A stretch of 64,000 nt of DNA, from IMG/VR virus record IMGVR_UViG_3300010354_020206, positions 4,576 through 68,575 of that record; one strand, written 5' to 3'. Origin of the DNA: a virus. The notes beneath the pieces are model-generated. The model ran no database searches. It saw nothing but the letters and a program-made list of their open reading frames with translations, and was not told where the DNA came from. The translations under genes and the position numbers were made by a program. Positions 36,901 through 46,627 of the stretch are shown here, piece after piece; the first letter of the stretch is position 1; every line of letters starts with the position of its first letter.

Positions 36901-39672
36901 AGTAAAAAGAGCAGAACCAACAGTTGTTGCTCCGAGATCAGATCTAAATTCAGATGCTGATCTAGCAGAAACTGTATTCGCCGAATTTATAGTTATAAAA
37001 CTGGTAGAATTAGGATCTGTCAATTTAAATAAATTTGCGCCTACTGTTGTAGCTCCAAGATTTGTCAATGCAGCTGCGGCAGTGCTTGCATTTGTACCGC
37101 CATTGGCAATGGCTACTATTCCAGTGACATTAGTAGCATTGCCAGACAAATTCGCAGTAATAGTACCAGCATTGAAATTACCAGATGCATCTCTGGAAAC
37201 GATCGTGCTAACTGTATTTGAACTTGTGGCATTACTAACCACAGTAAAAGTTGCATTACTCGACGCATTTGCAGAAAAACTTGCAGAACCAGTAAGGCCT
37301 ACTCCAGAAACAGCCAGAGTCAGAGAAGCATTATTAATGTCTGATGTAATTGCAATAGTACCACTAGACGTTGGCAATGTAAGCGTATTACCAGAAGGAG
37401 TTGAAGAAGCGACTATTAAACTAGTACCACTAGTGGTACCTGCAAAAATTAATCCACCAGTTCCAATAGTTTTATTAGCTAATGTTTGAGAATCTGAAAG
37501 AGTAGCTACTGTAGAAGTATTAATTGAAAATGTAGTTCCAACCAAATCAATTCCAGTGCCATTAGTATAAGTTGTATTTGTGTCAGTGGCTGAAATTGTA
37601 AAAGTTGGATAAGTTCCTGTTATTGTAACATTTGTCGATGCATTCAAAGTAACTGTCTGGTCGGGCGACGAATTGCTTAATGTGCCACCTGAAAATGACA
37701 ATCCAGATCCTACATTTACACTGCTAAATCCGCCAGTGCCATTGCCATAAAGTATTGAAGTTCCAGAAGTCAATGGAGCGTAGTTCAAAGGCGGAATGTC
37801 ATTGGCAACTAAAGACCTGAAAGTTGGTGTAGTTGCAGTGCCTGTTGCTGGACCAGCAAAAATTGTATTAGCATTTTGTGAGGCGAGGAGTGCGGTTAGC
37901 GTACCTGAAGTTGTAACTGAAGAAGTAGTCAAAGTAAAAATGTTAGGCAAACTTAAACTTACATTTGTAACAGTACCATTGCCAGTACCAGCTCCAATAG
38001 CTGTTCTGAAAGCAGAACTATTTAGTGTAGAAACTGAATTATCGGCATTTATTCTTATGAAAGTTATGGCACTCGGGTTTGTTAGAGTAAACAAATTTGC
38101 ACCAACTGTAGTAGCCCCTAATGCTACCCTAGCTGCAGCTTGAGTTGTTGCTCCTGTGCCTCCATTGGCTATCAAAACAGTTCCAGTGACATTAGTAGCA
38201 TTGCCAGAAACATTACCAGTAAGATTTGCAGTTATGGTATTAGCACTAAAATTACCAGATGAGTCTCTAAAAACAATTGTACTTGATGAATTCAAACTAG
38301 TGGCATTGCTGTCTACAGTAAAAGTAACATTACTAGTTGTATTTGCAGAGAAACTAGCTGTACCAGATAATCCATTACCAGAAACTGAAAGTGTTAGCGT
38401 TCCATCTTTAATGTCATCTGTGATAGCTAAAGTTCCAGTGCTAGTTGGAAAAGTTAAAATGTTACTAGATGGCGCCGATGACGCAATAATTTTTGTAGTA
38501 CCGCTTGTTGTGCCATCAAATATTAAACCAGTGGTACCAATTGTTTTATTAATTAAATTTTGAGATCCTGTTAATGTAACAACCGATGTATTGATCGAAA
38601 ATGTGGTCCCAACTAAGTTTAAACCTGTCCCATTAGTATAAGTAGTATTAGTGTCTGTGCCTGAGATTGTAAACTCAGGATAAGTTCCTGTAATAGAAAT
38701 ACTTCCACTAGCATTTAAAACAACAGTTAAATCTGGAGCGGAATTGGAAAGATTTCCTGCTGAAAAGCTTAAACTTGTTCCAATTGTTACGTTGCTGAAA
38801 CCGCCACTGCCGTCTGCATAAAGAATTGAACTGCCAACAGTTTTAGGCGCATATAATGACAATAATGATGGTATGTCATCTTCAACCAAGGCTCTAAAAG
38901 CAGGTGTAGTTGCAGAACCAGTAGTCGGCCCTGCAAAAACATAATTTGCATTTTGGGAAACCAAAGTGGCAGTTAAAGTTCCAGAAGTAGAAATTGAAGA
39001 TGTAGTAAGAGAAAAAATGTTAGGTAAACTCAACCCGACTGTAGTTACTGTACCATTGCCTGTACCAGCTCCTATAGCCGCCCTAAAATCTGAATCATTT
39101 AAAAGCTCAGCAGTATTATCTGCTTTTATTTTAATAAATCTTATTGCACTTTCGGGAGTTATGCTGAATAAGGACGCGCCAGTTGTTGAAGCTCCAAGAT
39201 TTATAATTGCAGTGGTTGCTGTTGATGCTCCAGTTCCACCATTGGCAATTGCAACAGTTCCAGTGACATTAGTAGCATTACCAGAAACATTACCAGTTAG
39301 GTTGGCAGTTATGGTATTAGCGCTGAAATTACCAGACGAGTCTCTAAAAACAACTGTACTAGATGAATTCAAACTAGTGGCATTGCTAGCAACCGTAAAA
39401 GTAACATTACTAGTTGTATTTGCAGAGAAACTAGCTGAACCAGACAATCCATTGCCAGAAACATTTAATGTCAATGTTCCATCTTTTATGTCTGTTAAGA
39501 TTGCTAGTGTTCCAGATGTAGGTAGTGTTAAACCTGTACTTCCTGTAGAAGTAAATGTTACACTGTGCCCTCCTGAAAAACTCAACTCCGAACCAGAAGA
39601 ACCAATATTTAATAGGGTTTTACTATTATTATCTAAGCCATTTTTTGCTACGAAACGAGATGTTGTTGCCAT
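30919..39672 (-). CDS. giant Ser/Thr/Gly-rich tail/head fibre protein (2917 aa)
   Basis: Repeated VANGGTG, GDVTGSGT, VFAGPTTG and RDSSGNFSA fibre motifs; nested internal repeats. Confidence 0.85.
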   Translation of the reverse strand: MATTSRFVAKNGLDNNSKTLLNIGSSGSELSFSGGHSVTFTSTGSTGLTLPTSGTLAILTDIKDGTLTLNVSGNGLSGSASFSANTTSNVTFTVASNATSLNSSSTVVFRDSSGNFSANTITANLTGNVSGNATNVTGTVAIANGGTGASTATTAIINLGASTTGASLFSITPESAIRFIKIKADNTAELLNDSDFRAAIGAGTGNGTVTTVGLSLPNIFSLTTSSISTSGTLTATLVSQNANYVFAGPTTGSATTPAFRALVEDDIPSLLSLYAPKTVGSSILYADGSGGFSNVTIGTSLSFSAGNLSNSAPDLTVVLNASGSISITGTYPEFTISGTDTNTTYTNGTGLNLVGTTFSINTSVVTLTGSQNLINKTIGTTGLIFDGTTSGTTKIIASSAPSSNILTFPTSTGTLAITDDIKDGTLTLSVSGNGLSGTASFSANTTSNVTFTVDSNATSLNSSSTIVFRDSSGNFSANTITANLTGNVSGNATNVTGTVLIANGGTGATTQAAARVALGATTVGANLFTLTNPSAITFIRINADNSVSTLNSSAFRTAIGAGTGNGTVTNVSLSLPNIFTLTTSSVTTSGTLTALLASQNANTIFAGPATGTATTPTFRSLVANDIPPLNYAPLTSGTSILYGNGTGGFSSVNVGSGLSFSGGTLSNSSPDQTVTLNASTNVTITGTYPTFTISATDTNTTYTNGTGIDLVGTTFSINTSTVATLSDSQTLANKTIGTGGLIFAGTTSGTSLIVASSTPSGNTLTLPTSSGTIAITSDINNASLTLAVSGVGLTGSASFSANASSNATFTVVSNATSSNTVSTIVSRDASGNFNAGTITANLSGNATNVTGIVAIANGGTNASTAAAALTNLGATTVGANLFKLTDPNSTSFITINSANTVSARSASEFRSDLGATTVGSALFTLSNPGSTSFIRINADNTVTAQSASNFRADLGANTVGSNIFTLSNPGATTFIRINSDNTVTARSASDFRTDLGVSALGDALFTLSTTAIRYIQISTTSVNLLTGAAFRTAIGAGTGNGTVTSVDLSMPNIFTVSNNPVTTSGTLTVTLANQNANTVLAGPTTGAAAAPTFRALTFTDISGDALTVGKGGTGTSSLTSNAVLVGTGTSAVTLTATSSQYKVFVSGSGGTPTWGTVSLDQAAAISGKLPIASGGTNASTAAEALTNLGALSSAINSTQDGYFNSIYLLESDTNATRRYLQIVNFDNLSTSRTLNIKTNDGDRTLTIAANSEISGTNTGDQTITLTGDVTGSGTTSFAATLSTSGVTAGTYNNSTTSITPFTVDSKGRITSTGSTVTLTPSFSSITSKPTTLSGYGITDALSNSTSSTQSGYFGNVNLYDTTTNPSNYLQILNIADLSTTRTLSINTGDFNRTIILSGDTTLSGTNTGDQTITLTGDVTGSGTSSFAATLAASGVTAGTYNNSTTSITPFTVDSKGRITSIGVASTISPAFSNITSKPTTLSGYGITDALSNSTSSTQNAYFGDIHLRDDTLSSHYLKITDSENLTEDRTLNLSVNNENRTISLSGNLTVSTTSIISGTNSGDQTITLTGDVTGSGTSSFAATISSNAITFAKIVNSNASGLSVVGRNTDSAGNFGEIIAATDHQILRRSGTSIGFGSINLASSATVGTSVLSVTNGGTGVSSFVTSRLLISNSLSTTGVIETSANIIHSTSNLLFSPHGVSAGNTFELRFGELSGSEYIGLKAPDSITTSYTYVLPSSAPTSGQVLSASAPTSGVVTLSWANDASGSGSGTVSAGDQYKLAYYKDSNGSTVVDDATYLTYSSTGPHLLITAGSTTATPLVLKGIASQSDPLMKITNSSDASLVTISSTGILTLSNSTAASSTSTGALVVTGGIGVSSDSYLEDVYVTGTSLVASSATTVTLGTTSSGTATIQNPSFAFSGTAFTASNATTITLASGAAGSGTIINLNSGRIRSSVANVAFLDTSTGTITFGTSAQQIDLLHRTNATSIFNIGTTAANNSASGTSTLNLFSHSGSATKFINIGAFGTGSVTIVVGTTSGTSNITINGTVSLSTALTVANGGTGATTFTTNSVILGNGTSAFITTSGTADQILRIPGAGGAPAFGAIDLSKSAAVTNQLLVENGGTGTSEFSNTSTMIISGSTTTGSLLSASAVVYSTSSNNLTITASGATVTPLKLKGAVSQSQPLLSIVDSSDSSQFGISSSGIVTINSSQTSSGTTSGALVVTGGLGVGSTSYLSTTNITTLSLTNALAISSGGIGTTTATANYVFAGPTTGSATAPSFRALVANDIPSLSSLYAPVTSGTSILYGNGSGGFSSVTIGSNLTFSAGTLSATDTNTTYTNGTGITLTGTSFSVDTTVVATLSNTQTLANKTIGTGGLIFSGTTSGTTLIKASSTPSSNTLTLPTSTDTIAVAGDIKDASLTLAVSGVGLSGSASFSANTSVNTTFTVTSNATSANTVSTIVSRDSSGNFSAATITASSLVVGSASGALSASSGTVSVGTLSVANGGTGVSSIGANRIMYGNNTGNIGTDNNFTWVGADQRLTLQSSNTTTSNLAITKNNIATNSYLGLQIANNSSATNLVTAQHSPALEFIGHVWNTTPAAADNTARFRQEVQVTSGASPLATLVWKSSVDTGTASFTDRFKIDSSGVVSIPGSLVLGSASGALSASSGTVSVGTLSVSNGGTGATSFTTSKILISNTSSTTGAITTATAMDYSASGQHLTISAQGATVTPLRVVGTTSQSVNLFEVYSTFATALLTVGTTSMNLQPYGASAGNTYGIKFFELAANGSNSVTLKAPDSITSDYSVTVQPNSKSVTILSPTSSDRITMFYTDTAIKFTKVVSVIRGTSATSSWQLYYGTDRTSGTAVFSATQSTTSTTTGNVTTTFANANAAANSFIWLEMSTQTSVTEVHITVFYD
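34940..35920 (-). repeat. three ~150-aa modules in the 2917-aa fibre
   Basis: SGTN(T/S)GDQTITLTGDVTGSGTxSFAAT recurs near 35.87, 35.42 and 34.96 kb. Confidence 0.8.
36570..37060 (-). repeat. four tandem ~41-aa repeats
   Basis: LGATTVGxxLFxLxxPxxTxFIxINxxNTVxAxSASxFRxD x3 plus a degenerate fourth copy. Confidence 0.85.
37060..39490 (-). repeat. tandem ~359-aa modules, also present in the 2306-aa gene
   Basis: Module starts (DIKDGTLTL/DINNASLTL) near 39478, 38401 and 37327, period ~1075 bp; related copies near 32.4, 42.3 and 43.45 kb. Confidence 0.85.
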
Positions 39673-39706
39673 TATAGATTCACTATCCTCTATAAATTAT
39701 TTATTT

Positions 39707-42700
39707 TTATGTTCTGATTGCTGTTGCAGCAGCTTTATAAACAGTAATTGCATTAGCTGGAGTAACTTTTAATCTCAAATTTCCACTTGAAATATCAGCG
39801 TCAAAGGTGGACAAAGATCCGCTTGTCATAATTCGTCCATACTCCGAAATAATTACTGATGTTCCATCATGTACTAATACTATTTCTACTACATGATAAC
39901 TTCCACCTGAAGTAACTTGCATAAAGTATTTAACACTTCTATAAGTAGAGGCGCTTATTGAGTGTAAAATTTGATCAGCTGTTGTAGCACTAGTAGTCAA
40001 ATTGCAGGACAAAAGATCAAAAATGCTATCAATAACAGGTGAATTTAAAGTTTTATTTTGAAGTGTTTGAGTTGAACTCAAAGTAGCTACAACAGAAGTA
40101 TCTACGCTAATAGTGCCTGCCGCAGAGCCATTATAGGATGTTGAGCTAATTGTCAAGCCGCCACCAGAGGAGGTAGATAAACTATTCAAATTATTGCCCA
40201 AACTAACACCACTAATAGTTGAGGCAGCCAACTTTGTTATTGCAATTGCCGCTGATGTATTTATGTCTGCATTAACAATTGTATTATTGGCAATCATGTT
40301 ACTTGTAATAGTGCCATTGTCACCAGTGGTAACAATCGTGCCATTGTTGTTAGACAAAGTTATAGTATTATTGCCAGCTGTTGAATTTGCAATAATTTTA
40401 GTAGTGCCTGTTGAACCATTGAATGTTATTCCGGCAGACCCAATAATTCCAGTATTAATTGTTGGGGACGTTAAAGTTTTATTTGTAAGTGTTTGCGAAT
40501 CTGAAGTACCTACTATGTCTCCCGATGGCGCTGTTACAAGTGAAGCTGTACCAGTGGTAAATTTTAAAATACCAGAAGATGCACTGAAATTTACACCTGT
40601 TCCACCATGGTTCACGGGTAAAGGATTACCATTGTTTAAACTAATCACAGTTCCATTGATAGTAATAGGATCTGAATCAGTGTATGTTGTACTGCCTGAA
40701 AATTGAGAAAATACAATACTAGATGTGCCAACGTCAATTGCACCAGAACTTGACATAACCCAGCCAGTAGCTGAATTAGTATCTCCAGAAGTCACAAATA
40801 CAAACAAACCGGATGTTACTTCACTGTCTTCATCAGCATCTGTAGTTCTAGTTAACACCCAGTTTGTGGTCGCACTTCCTATGTGAGAGGTTGATGCAAT
40901 GTAATAGATGCCATTTTGTAATTGTGTCGATTGATCTTTGACTAAAACTCTGTCCAGATAAGCTAAACTTACATTGTCAATCGATAATGCAGATTGAGAA
41001 CCATTATTTGTTAAAGTTGCACCTACACCATTGGTGCCATTGCTATAGGTACCAGATAAATTTGCAGTGGATGCAACTCTCACCGAATCTTTTACGATCA
41101 AGCCCTGAGATACACTATCAACATATCCTTTAGTTGCTGCATCTTGGTCGTTATCTGGATTAGCAAGATTAATAATCTTCTTACTACTTACATCAACAAA
41201 AGCAGATGAACCGGGTACTAGAGTTATGTTACTCGAAGTTCCAGTTGCAGTAAATGTCAAAGCGCCAGTGCCTGTTATAGAGCCGTCTACAGTCCCGGTG
41301 CCACCATTTGCGATAGGCAAAGTACCAGTAACATCATTTGTTAATCTGACAGTTAAAGTATTGCTAGTTCCTGTAATTGTTTTATTTGTTAAAATTTGAG
41401 TATCATTTAATGTGGCTACAACGGTTGTATCAATAGCAAAAGAAGTTCCAGTAAGAATAATTCCAGTGCCATCGGTGTAAGTTGTGTTATCAGTAGAGAT
41501 TGTAAAATTTGGGTATGTACCTGTTATTGTTACGTTTGCATTTCCTGTACTTAGCGACACTGTTTGATCAGGAGCAGAATTACTTATCTCTCCAGCAGAA
41601 AAACTTAAGCCAGTTCCAATTGTAGCATTGCTAAAACCACCACTTCCATTGCCATAAAGAATAGAAGTACCTGTTGTTTGTGGCGCATAATTTAAAGCCG
41701 GGATGTCAGAAGATACAAGAGCTCTGAAAGTAGGAGTTGTAGAAGCGCCCGTTGTGGGGCCAGCGAATACATAATTAGCAGTTTGAGAAGCAAGAGTAAT
41801 TGCAAAAGTGCCCGATGTTGAAATTGATGAAGTGCTGACATTTAAAATGTTAGGTACTGTTAAACCCACACTGGTGACTGTACCATTGCCAGTTCCTGCA
41901 CCAATAGCAGTTCTAAAATTTGTGTCATCTAATAATTCAACCGTGTTATCGGCTTTAATTTTGATAAATCTTATTGCACCTGGAGATGACACAGTAAATA
42001 GAGAGGCTCCTGTAGTAGTTGCCCCCAAATTTATAATTGCAGTGGTTGCTGTTGATGCTCCAGTTCCACCATTAGCAATCGCAACAATTCCTGTTACATT
42101 AGAAGCATTACCACTGACATCTCCAGTAAGATTTGCAGTAATTGTATTAGCACTGAAATTACCAGATGAATCTCTAAAAACGATTGTACTTGTTGAATTA
42201 GAGCTTGTAGCATTACTATCAACCGTAAAGGTAACATTGCTTGAAGTATTAGCTGAAAAACTTGCAGAACCAGAAAGCCCATTGCCTGAAACGGCAAGAG
42301 TTAATGTTCCATTTTTAATATCCCCTGAAACGGCAATCGTATCTGTGGCAGTTGGCAATGTCAAGGTGTTACTAGAAGGGGTCGCTGATGCAATGAGCAA
42401 AGTTGTACCACTAGACGTTCCACTAAATCTCAACCCAGAACTACCAATTGTTGAAGTATTAATAGTTGAAGTATTAATAGTTGAAGTATTAATAGTTGGC
42501 GAGTTTATTGTTGGAGATGTAAGTGTTTTATTCGTTAAAGTTTGGTTGCCTGTTAAAGTTACAACAGTATTATTTATGGAAAATGATGTACCTGTTAAGG
42601 TGAGGCCTGTACCATTTGTGTATGTAGTGTTTACAGTTGTAATACTAAAGCTAGGATAAGTTCCACTTATAGTTACATTTGCATTTCCCGCTGTCAAACT

Positions 42701-45700
42701 TACAACTTGATCTGGCGAAGTATTGCTTAAGGTGCCTGTAGTCGAAAAGCCAAGACCTGTGCCAATTGTTACACTGCTAAAGCCCCCACTTCCATTGCCG
42801 CTCAAAATGCTAGTTCCACTTGTTACAGGGGCATACAAGCTAGATAATGAGGGAATGTCAGCAGCTACTAAAGATCTAAAAACAGGTGTGGTTGCTGATC
42901 CAGTGGTAGGCCCTGCGAATACCGTATTGGCATCTTGAGATGCAAGAGTAAGAGTAAATGTCCCTGAACTTGTTATTGACGAAGTGCTTGAATTTAAAAT
43001 ACTAGGAACACTCAAGCCAACATTTGTTACAGTACCGTTGCCAGTACCAGCGCCAATAGCAGTTCTGAAATTTGTTGCATCCAATAAATCTGCAGTATTA
43101 TCGGATTTGACCCTTATAAAGGTCGTAGAACCAGGTGGTGTAATTTTGAATAATGAGGCACCGGTGGTAGTAGCCCCCAAATTTATTATTGCCTGATTTG
43201 TATCACTTGTACCAGTGCCGCCATTTGCAACAGCAACTATTCCTGTGACATTTGTTGCATTACCATCTAGCGATGCTGTTATGGTACCGGCGCTGAAATT
43301 TCCTGAAGAATCTCTAAAAACAATTGTACTTGTTGAATTTGAACTTGTAGCATTGCTATTTACTGTGAAAGTAATATTGCTAGATGTGTTGGCAGAAAAG
43401 CTTGCTGATCCTGATAGTCCATCACCTGAAACTGCTAAAGTTAAAGTACCATCTTCGATGTCTGAAGTAATTGCAAGAGTTCCAGTTGAAGTTGGAAATG
43501 TCAAAGTGTTCCCGGATGGAGATGCCGAAGCTATTAAAGCAGATGTTCCGCTTGTTGTGCCAGTAATAATTAGGCCAGAAGAACCTATTGTAGTAGTATT
43601 TAATGTTGCAGAATTTATAACCGGGCTTGTAAGTGTCTTATTGGTCAAAATCTGATTGTCTGATAGTGTGACAACCACGGTATTATCAATTGCAAAAGTA
43701 GTACCAGATAAATTAATTCCTGTTCCATTTGTGTAAGTGGTGTTCTGTGTTGAAATTGTGAAATTTGGATAAGTTCCTGTTATTGTAACATTTGCATTGC
43801 CAGTACTTAAACTTACAGTTTGATCTGGAGCAGAATTACTTAATGTGCCAGTAGAAAAACTTAAACCTGTACCAATTGTTACACTTGAAAATCCACCGCT
43901 GCCGTTGCCCGAAAGTATGCTTGTACCAGTGGTCAAAGGTGCGTAGCTTAGTGAAGGAATGTCTGAAGCGACCAAAGCTCTAAAAGCAGGTGTAGTTGCC
44001 GACCCGGTCGTCGGGCCTGCAAATACATAATTTGCAGAAGTAGTTTCGAGAGTTATTGCAAAAGTACCAGATGTTGAAATCGATGATGTACTCAACACAA
44101 AAATTGATGGTACAGACATACCAACACTTGTGACTGTACCTCCACTAGTTCCACCTGTAGAAGCTGAAATAGTAATTGTGCCATTGCCATTTGTAATAGT
44201 CACATTAGTGCCAGCTGTTAAGGTGGATTTTGATAGTGAGCCCGTAGAGCTGTTGCCAATTAAAAGTTGTCCATCTGTGTATGATGTATTGCCAGTTCCG
44301 CCATATGATGGTGCCAATGGCACATTATTTAAGGACAAAGTACCATTTATGGAAACATCACCTTCCAAAGAAATAGTTCCAGCACCATCAATTCTCATTC
44401 TCTCAGTTGAAAAATCTTCTGCTTCTGAGTCGGTGTAAAATACAATGTCGCCATAAAGATAGCCAGACCCCAAAGTAGGGCTCACTTTTTCTTCAACCTT
44501 TATCCCAGCAAATCTGCTTAGAGAATCATCTTTCATGATTCCAAACAATACACTGCTAGTGGTTCCGCCAACCGTAAATACTGTTGGGTCACCGCCAAAG
44601 TAACCACTCAATCCTGTAATGAACTCTTGTGATTTGGCCCCATTATTAAATGTTTTGAGACCCCCTATTGTTTGTGCAGTTGTGCTTATAACTCCTCTGG
44701 CGGTAGTTGATGCATCTGGCAGTGCAAAAGTATGTGTTGAAGTTGAGGATGTTATAGTGAAATCTGTACCTGAAGTTGAGGTTGCAAATGTTTGACTTGT
44801 AGTTGTCAAGCCATTCAATGAATTTAATCTATCATTGGAAATTGTAATGCTTCCGTCACCATTAGTAATAGAGATTCCATTTGAACCTGTTAGAGTTGAC
44901 TTAGTAAATGTGCCTGAAGTATTACCAATTAACAACTGACCACTTGTGGCAGTAGTAACACCTGTTCCTCCATTACTTACAGATAAAGCAGTACCTAAAT
45001 TTAAAGCTCCTCCTATACCTACACCGCCTGGTACCACCAATGCTCCAGTAGTAGTACTTGTTGAGGCAGAGGCTGAAGTTAAACTTATAGTTGATGCTGA
45101 AACAGCTCCAGTGTAATCAATTGAGAACTTGCTTGAATTATTCAATTGAAAATCAATAAAATTACCAGTGAATACTGGTGTAGATGGAACATTAACTGCT
45201 ATAACTGTTCCATTAGCACTGCCATTTGCAAATGTACTTGTTCCAACTAATAAAGAAATTGCAGATGTATCCCATGTAGATGGAACAGCAGTAATAGAAA
45301 GTTTTTTACCAACATTGTTCCAAAGAAGATTACTTACACCCGAAACTGTTGTTCCGGTTGAAGCATAATAAGTTAATTCACCAGCATTGCCAGAATTAAC
45401 AGTTCCCGCTCCTCCACCACCTGCCAACCCAGTGTAAGAAACAGTGATAGTTCCTCCAACTTCAACACCGCCAGATAAAATGGGAGCTGAAACAATGCTA
45501 ATACTTGTTCCAGCAACTAGTTGTTTGTAAATTAATTTATCTGCATCTTGGCCAACAGTTAATACTGTATTAGCAGCTCCAATAGTTGATCTTCCAGTTC
45601 CGCCCATAGAGATTGGAACTACTCCAGAAGGTTGCTCATATAATGAAACGGCAGAACCTTCGAGCTGAACTGTCCAATTTTCAGCGCCAGTGCCTATTTC

Positions 45701-46627
45701 ATCAATTACTAAACGCAATCTTTGACCACTTGAAACACTTACATTAAATGATGGATCTGTTCTGTTGATAAAAACTTCAGTATCGCCCGCTGGCACTGTC
45801 AATTCTGCAATAAAAACAGCAGCTGGGTCGGTAGGATCAGGGAAAGCTGTATTTGCATTTACTCTTTGAACTCGAATAGTGCTATCGCCTGATGAGGCAG
45901 TATTTTCTATCTGTAAAGTAATTCTTGTTACCAAAAAAATCAAAACACTAACACCATCAGATGGTTCATATGGTACTGTAGCAATTTCTTGATCTGCCCC
46001 CAAAGTAACAGGTGTTGAGCCATTCAAAAATCTTATTATTAATGTTCTGTCAGGCAATGGGACATTTGCATTTTGCCATTTGCTCAACCCAGCATTATAT
46101 TTTAAAAATTGATTATTTGAAGGTGAAGATAATTGAACATCTTGCAGATCATTGAGTCCAGATGATCCACTTACCAAGCCAGATGATGCTTTGAGAACAC
46201 CGTTGAGCGAACCGATGTTAAGAGTGTTTGTAGTTGTTGTTCCTACATTTAAAGCATTACTCCAAGTGATTGATGTGCCTGTAGATTGAAGCACTGCACC
46301 AGATGTAGTTGAAATACCCTGTCTGGTCCAAGTGGTACCATTAAAATAAATTAAATCGCCTGCAGTTTGTCCGGCAATGTAAAGTGAATTAATGTTGAAT
46401 GATTGATCACCATTGAAAATTACATTGTCATTGAATGTAACAATATTATTGAAAACATGTTGTCCTGTCCAAGTTGGTGCGAAACCCTGATCTAGCTGTA
46501 ATGCACCTGCGCTAGTAATTGGGGCGTTATTTGGTAAATTAGTCTTGATACCAAAAATACCAGAAATACTAATTCCAAATTCGCCTAATTGTGTTTTTCT
46601 TGGCGGAACAATGTAAAATGTAGGCAT
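39707..46627 (-). CDS. giant Ser/Thr/Gly-rich fibre protein (2306 aa)
   Basis: Same modules as the neighbouring gene, plus DAATKGYVD, KDSVRVAST, DRVLVKDQ...NGIY and a C-terminal YRSVKYFMQV...EYG domain typical of large-phage fibres. Confidence 0.85.
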   Translation of the reverse strand: MPTFYIVPPRKTQLGEFGISISGIFGIKTNLPNNAPITSAGALQLDQGFAPTWTGQHVFNNIVTFNDNVIFNGDQSFNINSLYIAGQTAGDLIYFNGTTWTRQGISTTSGAVLQSTGTSITWSNALNVGTTTTNTLNIGSLNGVLKASSGLVSGSSGLNDLQDVQLSSPSNNQFLKYNAGLSKWQNANVPLPDRTLIIRFLNGSTPVTLGADQEIATVPYEPSDGVSVLIFLVTRITLQIENTASSGDSTIRVQRVNANTAFPDPTDPAAVFIAELTVPAGDTEVFINRTDPSFNVSVSSGQRLRLVIDEIGTGAENWTVQLEGSAVSLYEQPSGVVPISMGGTGRSTIGAANTVLTVGQDADKLIYKQLVAGTSISIVSAPILSGGVEVGGTITVSYTGLAGGGGAGTVNSGNAGELTYYASTGTTVSGVSNLLWNNVGKKLSITAVPSTWDTSAISLLVGTSTFANGSANGTVIAVNVPSTPVFTGNFIDFQLNNSSKFSIDYTGAVSASTISLTSASASTSTTTGALVVPGGVGIGGALNLGTALSVSNGGTGVTTATSGQLLIGNTSGTFTKSTLTGSNGISITNGDGSITISNDRLNSLNGLTTTSQTFATSTSGTDFTITSSTSTHTFALPDASTTARGVISTTAQTIGGLKTFNNGAKSQEFITGLSGYFGGDPTVFTVGGTTSSVLFGIMKDDSLSRFAGIKVEEKVSPTLGSGYLYGDIVFYTDSEAEDFSTERMRIDGAGTISLEGDVSINGTLSLNNVPLAPSYGGTGNTSYTDGQLLIGNSSTGSLSKSTLTAGTNVTITNGNGTITISASTGGTSGGTVTSVGMSVPSIFVLSTSSISTSGTFAITLETTSANYVFAGPTTGSATTPAFRALVASDIPSLSYAPLTTGTSILSGNGSGGFSSVTIGTGLSFSTGTLSNSAPDQTVSLSTGNANVTITGTYPNFTISTQNTTYTNGTGINLSGTTFAIDNTVVVTLSDNQILTNKTLTSPVINSATLNTTTIGSSGLIITGTTSGTSALIASASPSGNTLTFPTSTGTLAITSDIEDGTLTLAVSGDGLSGSASFSANTSSNITFTVNSNATSSNSTSTIVFRDSSGNFSAGTITASLDGNATNVTGIVAVANGGTGTSDTNQAIINLGATTTGASLFKITPPGSTTFIRVKSDNTADLLDATNFRTAIGAGTGNGTVTNVGLSVPSILNSSTSSITSSGTFTLTLASQDANTVFAGPTTGSATTPVFRSLVAADIPSLSSLYAPVTSGTSILSGNGSGGFSSVTIGTGLGFSTTGTLSNTSPDQVVSLTAGNANVTISGTYPSFSITTVNTTYTNGTGLTLTGTSFSINNTVVTLTGNQTLTNKTLTSPTINSPTINTSTINTSTINTSTIGSSGLRFSGTSSGTTLLIASATPSSNTLTLPTATDTIAVSGDIKNGTLTLAVSGNGLSGSASFSANTSSNVTFTVDSNATSSNSTSTIVFRDSSGNFSANTITANLTGDVSGNASNVTGIVAIANGGTGASTATTAIINLGATTTGASLFTVSSPGAIRFIKIKADNTVELLDDTNFRTAIGAGTGNGTVTSVGLTVPNILNVSTSSISTSGTFAITLASQTANYVFAGPTTGASTTPTFRALVSSDIPALNYAPQTTGTSILYGNGSGGFSNATIGTGLSFSAGEISNSAPDQTVSLSTGNANVTITGTYPNFTISTDNTTYTDGTGIILTGTSFAIDTTVVATLNDTQILTNKTITGTSNTLTVRLTNDVTGTLPIANGGTGTVDGSITGTGALTFTATGTSSNITLVPGSSAFVDVSSKKIINLANPDNDQDAATKGYVDSVSQGLIVKDSVRVASTANLSGTYSNGTNGVGATLTNNGSQSALSIDNVSLAYLDRVLVKDQSTQLQNGIYYIASTSHIGSATTNWVLTRTTDADEDSEVTSGLFVFVTSGDTNSATGWVMSSSGAIDVGTSSIVFSQFSGSTTYTDSDPITINGTVISLNNGNPLPVNHGGTGVNFSASSGILKFTTGTASLVTAPSGDIVGTSDSQTLTNKTLTSPTINTGIIGSAGITFNGSTGTTKIIANSTAGNNTITLSNNNGTIVTTGDNGTITSNMIANNTIVNADINTSAAIAITKLAASTISGVSLGNNLNSLSTSSGGGLTISSTSYNGSAAGTISVDTSVVATLSSTQTLQNKTLNSPVIDSIFDLLSCNLTTSATTADQILHSISASTYRSVKYFMQVTSGGSYHVVEIVLVHDGTSVIISEYGRIMTSGSLSTFDADISSGNLRLKVTPANAITVYKAAATAIRT
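42450..42494. repeat. perfect in-frame 15-bp tandem repeat x3
   Basis: (GTTGAAGTATTAATA)x3, encoding (INTST)x3 in the fibre. Confidence 0.95.

Noticed and set aside
42450-42494. CRISPR-like repeat
   Set aside because: Head-to-tail 15-mers with no spacers, in frame within a CDS; no cas genes seen.
31565-45368. Many long plus-strand ORFs (up to 341 aa) antisense to the fibre genes
   Set aside because: Val/Pro/Leu-rich mirror translations expected from Thr/Gly/Ser codon bias on the coding strand; no independent RBS or motifs.
30919-46627. Diversity-generating retroelement acting on the fibre tips
   Set aside because: No reverse transcriptase and no template/variable repeat pair with adenine-specific mismatches seen in this window.
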